The notes under the pieces are model-generated. The model did no database searches, had not been told where the DNA came from, and saw only the letters and a list, made by a program, of their open reading frames with translations. This document shows, piece by piece, positions 54,181 to 64,000 of a stretch of 64,000 nt of DNA. Position numbers and translations under genes: made by a program. Location: positions 191,339,741-191,403,740 of the forward strand of contig CM041465.1 of assembly GCA_023213395.1 (NCBI GenBank). Direction: 5' to 3'. The DNA comes from Cycas panzhihuaensis. Taxonomy: Eukaryota; Plantae; Cycadophyta. Each line of letters opens with the position of its first letter. Position 1 is the first letter of the stretch.

Positions 54181-54889
54181 TATGCCTTTGTAGTTGCGTG
54201 TACAAAGCTACCAAAGAGGATTTCATCATCCTCATGCATTTCATGCTAGTTGTGATCATCAATGCGTGAAAATCACGCTCATTATCTCACTTCTCCAAAT
54301 GTCATCAATCTTGGCATACAATATCATGCTTGATTCTATGCACTATTGTATTTGCCAAGGCATTGTCACTTTAAAGAATTGTTAGGTGTTTTCATTAACA
54401 CCACAACACTGCAACTATCATCACCATAACACATTAAGCTACAATAATAAGCTACCCAACTCACAAATGAAAGAGGTTGAGGTAGACTTCCTATTACAAA
54501 GGTATGATAAGTATCATGCAGGTTGATAAGAGTAATGTACTCTACAATTCAACAACACAATCCACTTGTCTCCTTCAATTTCTGCACAAGAAGAGAGTAG
54601 AGGATAGCAAGTATCAAGAGTCCATCAAATCCTTAGGAGTCTTCTTGCATCATATACAAGCAGTTTCCATGAAGATGAGTGATCTTTTCATCAACCACTA
54701 GCAAATTAATGAATGCTAGTGTTCCAGGTTCCTGTCATGCCATCTCATGTCGTGTCGTATCGTGCGATGCCATCAATTGGGTCTAATTTGGCAATTCACA
54801 AACATTTTATGAAGTCTGTAATTAAGAAAAATAAGGAGAAATAGTGTTCAAATCACTGCAAGTGTCACATCACTCAGTGACCACAAAGT

Positions 54890-55990
54890 GAATTACACTT
54901 AAAGAGTGCAAATAAAAAGGTTTAAAAATCCTTTTAAATACATCATTAAAAGATGATGAAGTACAATAAGAAGTCCTCTTAAAGTGCTCTCAAAGGAGGA
55001 CAAAGTACATTAAAAAACTCCTCTTAAAATACTCTCAAAGTACATTGAAAAATCCTCTTAAAATAGAGTTAAAGGATATACTCTAAAGAGGATAAAGTAC
55101 ATGAGAAAATTGCCATTGAAGTACTCTTAAATCAAGCCAATAAATTACCTTTTAAAAGAAGATGAACTCCTTAAGGTATCATAACCAATAAAGAAATATT
55201 CTCAAAGAGGATAAAATACTTAACAGAAATCCTTTAAAATACTTCGTTTAAATGACGCCAGAAACATACTTAAAAAGAGGATAAGCCACATTAATAATCC
55301 TCTTAAAGTACTATATAATTGAGGCCAAAAAGATATATTTCAAGGAGGATAAGATACTTTTAAAACCTTTTGAAATAATCTTTTAAATATTGTCAAAAGG
55401 CCTCTTTAAAAAGAAGATAAATGATCATCTTGACATACCTGTTATGCCACCAAAAGATACTTTAAGGGGATAATATGCATAAAATCCTCTTGAAATACTC
55501 TTTTAATTGAAGCTAGAAATGCTCTTTTATGCCATCAAAAATATACCTTAAAAAAGAGGATAAGGTATATTAAAAATCCTCTTAAGGTATTGTTTTATGC
55601 CACTAAGAAAATATCTTCTAAAATGATCCCAAGAATATCCTTTAAAGAGGATAAATTACATGATAGGGATCATCTTAAAGTAACTTTTTATGCCACCGAG
55701 ATACTTTAGAAAGAGGATGAAATGTATTAAATTCCTCTAAAAGTACTCTCATTCCAAGCTAGTAAAATATATTTAAAGAGGAAAAAGTGCTTAACAATCC
55801 TCTTAAATATAATATCCTTTGAGTTAAATAGCTTAAAAAATCTCTCTGAGATGCAAAACTCAATTACTCAAAGAATGTCCTTCAAAAATGACTAAAACAT
55901 CCTCTAAAAGTGTTTTAAGCCATAAGAATGAATCTCTTAATGAAGGACTTATAAAAAGCAACTTTTTAAAAATTAATCTTTAATCAAAAT
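54890..55990. repeat. AT-rich degenerate tandem array (~60 bp period)
   Basis: Recurring aaagaggataa..aaatcctcttaa..ttttatgccac motifs. Confidence 0.8.
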
Positions 55991-57028
55991 AAGCATATTC
56001 TTAAGAAGATGTTAATGTATATAACATAATGTTACATACTTTAGAAATTCGTCGAATTTTTTTGGACTACAATTCCTGGCAACTCAAATTTCTCTGGCGG
56101 GGACTATCTTATCGATGGCAACGCGCCGACATCAAACTTGGACGATAGGATGGCATATAGTTATCGACGATCGAACTGGCGACTCTAAGCAATAGTTGGT
56201 AGCTATGGCGTTTAGTCTACACCGGCGTCTGGCGTCCCTGCGGAATACTGCAAGCGACAACGTACAAACGAAAGATGCAGCAGAGTTGCAATAGCAAACA
56301 AAGGGAAAAGGATGCAACAACAGTGTGTCTTAGCAATGACTACTAAGCAATTGCTCTGCAATCATACAGACAGTGTAATGTCCATATTAATAGTTATATT
56401 GATTCTTTCCAACATCTGTACCGACAGCAACGATGGTTGAGTGGAGGCGGGAAGCCGTGCACTGAAATGGCAGCTATCAACTGAGGGTGTCTCAACGAAC
56501 AATGGTAGACAGGCGATTGTCCCTGCAATGGCAGCATGAACGGCTATGGGACGGCTAGTTCATAATAGTCCTTACGCAGACCAGCAATCGGAGAACTAGG
56601 TGATCAAACAACGGCCAAAGTTGAGTCAGTGGAGCCAACACAAGCAACCGATAGCAACTCAAGAGAGGCTTCTCCATGCTTGGACTGATAAGTTCTAGCA
56701 AACCTTTCTTCAAACACTTTACACTAGACAGAATATCTCAAAGACATAGGTGTGTAGTTAGTAGTTCTAAATTCTCACAGTTATAAGAAGAGGGAGGTCA
56801 TTTCAGGACAGAACCTAACACATGAATAGAATCATCTTTAGATTCCAGCATATAGTTATTAAGAATATATGTTTTGATACCATGTAGGAAGAGAGTGGTT
56901 AGGAGTAGGACACATAGCATAAAGCACATGCAAGAATATTTGCAAGAGATGACAATACGCTAATGTATCATAACTTTCCAACAATCTCTCTCTTTAAAAA
57001 CATAATAGAGCATATAATATATGTAGAT

Positions 57029-60000
57029 TGTTGAAAATCCAGAGCAAAAAGTTGACAGAGGAAAGAATGTACATTATTCTATTGAGATTCAATTTGCTTA
57101 AATACACAAGAGCTATGTGATGGTTACAACCTACTAATGTAACCGATCACTCAGATTCTACCAAGTGGCATGATCTCATGAATACATTTATAGGTGGGTC
57201 TAACATGACCCCCCTTTCTATCCTAGATAAAACATTATATCTCAACACCCCCTCTTAATGTTTTATCTCTAAAAGTCCAATCTTGTCTCTCAAATATCTG
57301 AGCCTTTCTCTCCCAAGAGGTTTTGTCAGAAGATCTGCAACTTGTTCAGATGTCGGGCAGTATTCTAAGTCTATCTCTTTGTTCTGCACTTTTTCTCTTA
57401 TAAAGTGATGATGAACTTCAATATGTTTTGTTCTTGCATGCGATTGGATTTTGGTTAGCTTGATGGCACTTTGGTTGTCACACTTTAGAGAAGTTGCTTC
57501 TTTCACTGCATTGATTCAAATCAAGCAAGAGTTGTCTTAACCGGATGGCTTCACGGAGTTCTTGATGTGGGCTTTATATTACGCTTAGAGAGGAGAGAGC
57601 CACTATTGCTTGTTTCTTACTGCACCATGAGATTGCTGAAGCTCCTAAGAAGAAACAATATCCACTTGTGGATTTCCTTTGTTCTTTGTCGCCTGCCCAG
57701 TCTGAATCGCAATACCCTGTTATTTTGATTGGATGCCCCCTTGAATATACTAATTTAAGATCTGTTGTTCCTTTGAGATATCTCGTAATTCTTTTGTGGC
57801 TTGCCGTTGTCTCGACTTTGGATTACGCATGTATCTTGATATTAGTCCCTCTTGAGTAGGATATGTCGAACTGGTAGTCGAGATAAATCAGACTTCCAAT
57901 CATTTGCCTATACAGGGTAACATCTGCATCGTTTTCCATACTATCTCTTGCCGATCGCAATTTGTTTCCATGGGGTGGTGCATGGATTGCAATTCTCCAT
58001 CTGGAATCGAACAAGCAGATTTTTGATGTAGTTGCTTTGGGACAAAGTTATGTAGTTTTGGTGTTGACCTATCTCCAGTCCTAAGTAATAATTTAGTGAA
58101 CCCAAATCATCATTTCAAATTTACATTGAAGTTGACTTTTGATCCACTTGATTCCTTCTACATCATTCCCGAAGAAGCATATCATCCACATAAACAACAA
58201 TTATTGTTATCTTGTTGTTTGTTTTCCTTATGTACAGACTGGAATCTGCGTTACACCGAATAAACTTATTTTCTTCAAGAAAGTGATCTAGTTTTGCATA
58301 CCAGGCACGCGGTGCTTGTTTTAGACCATACAAAGCCTTTTTCAATTTGCAAACTAGATTTTCTTTTCCTGCTCAATATCCATCCGTTGTTGCATATAAA
58401 CCTCTTCTTCTAGTTCACCGTTTAGGAATGCACTCTTTACATCCATCTGAGAGATTTTCCAACCTTGGGCATGTACCAAGGCTATTCTTATCCTTCTTGT
58501 GTTCATCTTTGCTCTTGAGAGAAAGTCTCATCAAAATCTATGCCCGCAGTTTGGGTGTATCCCTTTGCAACTAACCTTGCTTTGTGTTTCTCAATTTTGC
58601 CATCGACTCCTCTCTTTGTTTTGTAAACCCATTTGCAGTTCACAGTGGATTTATTAGCAGGTAGTTCCACTAATTCCCATGTTTGATTCTTCTTGATTGA
58701 ATTTATTTCATTGTCCATTGCTTCTCTCCATTCTAAATGAACTTTTGCTTCTTCAAAATTCTGTGGTTCAACCTTGCTCAGAAGAGCTTTTGGCCTTTGC
58801 CCTCGCGTTTTCTGTTCTAATATATTTCCTTCTTCAACAGTTTTGATATACCATTTTGGCAATTTCTTTTGTTTCTGTGGACCTTCCTTTTCGACGGTGT
58901 TTCCCTGACCAGTTGATGACGATGGACCTTCCTTTTCAATGGTGTCTCCCTGACTGATTGGTGACAATGAATCAGCTTGTCCTTCTTCGTATGATTTCTA
59001 GATCATTTCCTTTTTCGCTTTCTTGATCTTCCAAGTAATTTCTCCGATTTTCTTCCTCATCTTCTTGCATTACTCGTGTTTGGCGGTTTCTTGTTCCTTT
59101 TCATTTTCTATTACATTAATTTGTGAAGATTCATCGAACTATCTTCATTAAAGATGACATCTCTACTTACATAGATTCTATTTGTTTTGGATCTATGCAC
59201 TTATATGCTTTTGAATTTTTACTGTATCCTATCAAGACACATTCTATGCTTTTTGCATCTAATTTGGATCTTCTTTTATCAGGAATATGCACAAATGCTT
59301 GACTACCAAATACTTTAAGAAGACTTACATCGTGTTTACATCTGTCCAAGCTTCTTCCGAGTGATGTTCTTCAATGTTACGTTGGACTTGCTTATCAAAT
59401 AGCATCTTTGTCTTGATCGCTTCGCCAATATGTTTTGGATATTTTTGTTCCATACATCATGCTTCGAGCCATTTCCATCAAGGTTCTATTCTTTCTCTCA
59501 GCTACTACATTTGATTGAGGAGTATAAGGAGTTGTAACTTGTCTACGAATTCCTCTGTACTTGCAGTAATTTAGAAACTCGTTTGGCAAATATTCTCCTC
59601 CTCCATCTGACCTGATGCATTTGATTTTCACTCCTGATTCCAACTCAACTTCTGCCTTAAATTCTTTAAATGTTTCAAAGACTTCTGACTTATTATGTAA
59701 AAAATATACCCATACCTTTCGAGTGAAGTCATCAATGAAAGTTAAGAAATATCCGCATCCATTAATTGTGGAGGTGAAATTGGGCCACGATGTCCTGTGT
59801 ATCAATTCTAATTTGACCGAGATTTCCAAGTGCTTTCCATAAAAGGAAGTCTATCTTTGTTTCCCAAGTTGACAACCTTTACAAACAAATGTATCTAAAG
59901 AAATATTAGGCAAACCATTTACCATTTCTGACTTTTCCATCTGTTTAAGTGTGTCAATTGAGAGATGTCCATACCTTAAATGCCATACTTTATTATTAGA

Positions 60001-62227
60001 TTTAAGAGCAGTACAAGCTTTTTCTTCCAAGTAAGGAAGTCGTGGTTTGACAGAAGTTTGTAAAGGTCATTGCATCTGACCCCTTTTCCAACAATCTTCC
60101 CATCTTTTTTCATGTCCAAAATGTGGCAATTCCCTTCTTCATCAAAAATGGTTCTTAACCCCTTTTTGCTTAGTTGAGAAACAGAGAGAAGATTCATCTT
60201 CAGATCCGTACCAATAGAACATTTCCAATTTTTCTTTCATTTCCATTCAGGTTTACAGAAATGGTTCCAATCCCTTTTATGTTAAGGGAATACTTGTCAC
60301 CCAGCTCCACTGATTTGTCCATATTGTATGGATTCATGGTTTGAAACCATTCTTCCCGACTTGTCATGTGTTTAGAAGCTCCTGAGTCTATGTACCATAT
60401 GTCTTTGTCTTTCATTCCTGTAACCAACGCTGTGATGAAGGCCGTTTCCTCTTCTTCTTCTTCTTCTTCTTTTTCTTTGCTGTATCCACCAATAGGTCGT
60501 TTTCCTTTACAAATTTCACTTCTTCTTTGTGGACACTGATATGGGTAGTGTCCACTTTGTCCGCAGTAGCAGTATATGTCGAAGATTACGCATTCTTGGC
60601 GAAATGTCCATTAAATCCACAGTTGTAACATATTCTATTTTCTCTGCTGCGTCCTCGCCCTCGAGTTTGACCCGGCGTCCTCGTCCTCTGGAATCTGGCA
60701 TTCTGCTTGGTCCTCGAAATTGTTGTCTTCCTCTTGGCCCGAGATTCACCGATGCAAATGCATCCTCCAATTATCGTGTTTTCGTATCTTTTGTTTCTTT
60801 GTTCTGTCTCGCCAGTTCACTGTCAATTCATCAAGTGTTAATTTGTCTAGCCTATCACTATCAGTGATGGTGTTGACAATTGTATCAAAAGACTTTGGCA
60901 GTCTTGCCGTTACAATTTCTACAAGGTCTTGTTCGGATATTATGCCTCCAGCACTCAAGAGATTATTTCTCACAGTGATGATTTTATGCATGAAATCTTC
61001 TACTTCTTCATTTTCCTTCATGTGAAGTTTATACAGCTCCTCTTTGAGTGCAATTATTCTCGCCTTGTTCTTTTGCCCGTATAAATTCTCCAAACATTTC
61101 CAGATTTCAAAAGCCTCATTCAGTTTTTCGACATAAATGAGAATGAGAATCTGAAATAGACATTTTAAAATGAGACTACCCATGTTGTTCCTTTCGATCC
61201 AACTTCCCAACTTATCATCACCCGGTGGGTGGACGTTTCTCTGTCCCTTGATGATTTCCTGCATTTTTCATTCTCGTAATGGTTTCCATTTTAATTTTCC
61301 ACACATGGTAATTTGAACCGACCAATTTTTCCGGTTCGACAGTGATGAGAGAGGAAGACATATTTTTAAGGTCAAAACCTGTTTAGAGGTCCGCATCATA
61401 CAATCAGACGAATTTAAACAAAACCCTAGTTGTACGGCCAAAATGAAATGCACCTCAAAATGTAGGTATCTCAGTAGCCGTTCGGGATCCGACGGATTCT
61501 CAAAATTCTTTCTCAAACGAGAGAAATGGGTTTCAATGGAAAACTACGCTAGGGCAAATTTCGGATTTGAGAGAAAATCGAAAAATTCTTGAATTAAATC
61601 CTTCAATCGAGTTGCAAACTTGAAGCATCTTGTTACTCTGAAGATTTGGGACAGATTTTACGCGATTCTGATTGCAAATCGATGAGATTCTGAGAAAATC
61701 TCTTGAAAAACGCTGGATGGTTCGGGGCTTTTGGCACAAAAGCGACCTCGAGACGGACTCGCTCCAAGAAAAGTATGCTCGTCTTCGGATCTACCTCCCA
61801 CAAAATTTCACTTGATCCGAGTACTTTGAAATTTTGCCGTCCGTCTAATTCCGACAGTCCGCATTTCCATAATCAAGAAATCGTGATCTTTAACTTTCAA
61901 AGGACTGCTCATCGCTTTTATCTTCTTTTGCACTCTTGACCGAGATGATTTGTGAAGGAATTCACCAGAAGAAGAGGGATCAGATTAAACGGGCCTGCTC
62001 TGATACCATGTTGAAAAACCAGAGCAAAAAGTTGACAGAGGAAAGAATGTACATTATTCTATTGAGATTCAATTTGCTTAAATACACAAGAGCTATGTGA
62101 TGGTTACAACCTACTAATGTAACCGATCACTCGGATTCTGCCAAGTGGCATGATCTCATGAGTACATTTATGGGTGGGTCTAACATGACCCCCCTTTCTA
62201 CCCTAGATAAAACATTATATCTCAACA
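57029..62227 (-). mobile_element. Youngest full-length Ty1/Copia (5.2 kb), inserted in an LTR
   Basis: 219-bp LTRs 57029-57247 and 62009-62227 with 6 substitutions counted, TSD TAGAT/TAGAT, PBS TGGTATCAGAGCA 61996-62008, PPT 57248. Gag-PR(WYIDSGAS)-INT-RT(YVDD)-RH(HARTKHI). Confidence 0.96.
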
Positions 62228-64000
62228 TAGATTACATATGTACCAAAGATAGGAATTAGTTTTAACCATATCATAATGGTTAATTAACTACTCCCTCAAA
62301 TTATGGTAGGCTATTAACTACATATTTAATGTAGCAAGCATCTTTGACTCACACTAACCAACACATTAATGACTTCAACTAAGAATATTCTCTCACTTAG
62401 AATATTCCATGTGAGGAAATATTCTAATTACCTAAAATAAAATGAACTTAAATTAACATGTAATGGGAATGTATATTATTTCCAACAATTCTTTATTCTT
62501 ATAATCAAGTATGTGCCTCCTTTCATCAAGCACATACACATAAGCAGTACATCCAAAAATGCAAAAATGTGCAGCAAAAGGTTTAAGATTAGTCCATGCT
62601 TCTTCAAGAGTTACATCTCAAACTGCCTTAGTAGGACTTATATTCAATAGACACACAGCTATATTAACAGCTTCTCCCCAAAGTCCTTTAGGAATGTCTT
62701 TTGCTTTCATCATGCATTATGCCATTTTAAAAATGGTACAATTCTTCTGCTCTACAATGCCATTTTGTTATGGAGTATATGGCATTGTAAATTAATGTTA
62801 GATACCATGACTTTTATAAAAGTTGGTGAATTTTAAGGATAAATACTCACCTTCACTATCACTCCTTAGAATCTTAATCTTTATGTCCGAAAGATTCATA
62901 GATTCGACCTTGAATTCCTTAAATTTTGTAAAAGCATCAAACTTGAGTTTAAGAAGATACACCCAACCATCTTCTTATAGTCATCAACAAATCTATTCGT
63001 AATTTGAAGGCTAGAGTAATTCAAATGACCATAACAGTCATGCCACAAAGTGTTAACAGCATTTTATGCTATAAGTCCATGCTCATATGTGCCAAAGAAT
63101 TTATAAACTCCATTCTCTTGAATACATTCAGCAATTACAATGGCATCATCCTTCATCAAGCACTTTAACTCGTTGAATTCTACTTTAACATTCTACTTAG
63201 TAATACAACTGACAAATAGTAAGTTGTCCTTAAAAGAGGGTACAAGTAAGACATTTGAAACCTTGTTCCATACTCTGGTTGATGAATGCTTATGATGCCA
63301 CAACCAATAACTTGATGTTGATTATTGTCGCCAAGTACAATAGGAGGAAGTTGGCAATCTTTTAAGTCTTCAAACCAATCTTTGCAATAAGTGATATGTT
63401 TGCATGCTCCAGAATCAATATACCACCCACATAGCTCCGGATTTGTAGCATTGAAAACAAACACTTTATCAACTTCATTTCTAATCAAAGCAGGGATGTT
63501 CTTCTTCTTATCTACTTTCTTCTTCCAACATTGCTTCTCCAAATGTCCCTTCTTGTTACAATATCTACAAACAACATCACATTTGGGATTTTGTGCATTA
63601 TTGTTGCTTCCTTGTGATTGTTACCTTGAAAGTTTCTTCTTAAATTTTGATTAAAGCACTATTGCACTGCTACCATCACGATCACAAAAGCCCATTCGTT
63701 GTTCTTCATGCAACAATAAGCCACCCAACTCATCAAAAGTAAGAGGTTTGGGTCAACTTGTGACACATAGGCTAGTCACAAAGATGTGACAGCCTTCATG
63801 CAAGCTATTTAAAGTGATGCTTACTAACTCTTTGTCATGTACAACTTCTCCTACAACAAGTTTCTCTTTTATCTCCTTCAATCTTTGTAAATGAGAAGAC
63901 ATAAAATCATTATTGGACATTTTACAAGAATAAAGCAAATTTTGAAGATATAAGACTCTAGTTTCATTCTTGGTCTTGAACAGATCCTTGAGACTTACAT

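Larger units (their letters stand above)
53151..62487 (-). mobile_element. Non-autonomous Copia derivative nested in the host integrase
   Basis: LTRs 53151-53552 and 56883-57028 plus 62233-62487, TSD ATTCT/ATTCT, PBS 56871-56882, PPT 53553. Only an RNase H relic is left internally. Confidence 0.92.
51085..64000 (-). mobile_element. Old Copia element hosting two nested layers; runs off the window
   Basis: Gag 63750-64000, protease WYIDSGAC near 63410, INT 62500-63000 resuming at 53145 (ECIFVGY..SKAYRL), RT/RH 51330-52800, PPT 51314, 3' LTR ending at 51313 (left edge approximate). Confidence 0.85.

Overview
AT-rich eukaryotic DNA, almost certainly a large land-plant nuclear genome (TE lineages suggest fern, lycophyte or gymnosperm; this is inference). 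Most of the window is nested, mostly decayed transposons: several Ty1/Copia, a Phygy/Athila-like Gypsy with four Gag zinc knuckles and an extra 3' ORF, two chromoviruses, three non-autonomous LTR elements, a full-length L1, a hAT remnant and a solo LTR. Many boundaries are pinned by TG..CA ends, PBS, PPT and 5-bp TSDs. The only host coding sequence recognised is one 103-bp RAPTOR exon (36263-36365, minus). The most unusual structure is a ~3.3-kb fold-back pair of Penelope-like RT copies (17660-20985), which sits where the host chromovirus has lost its own RT core. All calls were made by eye and no database searches were run.
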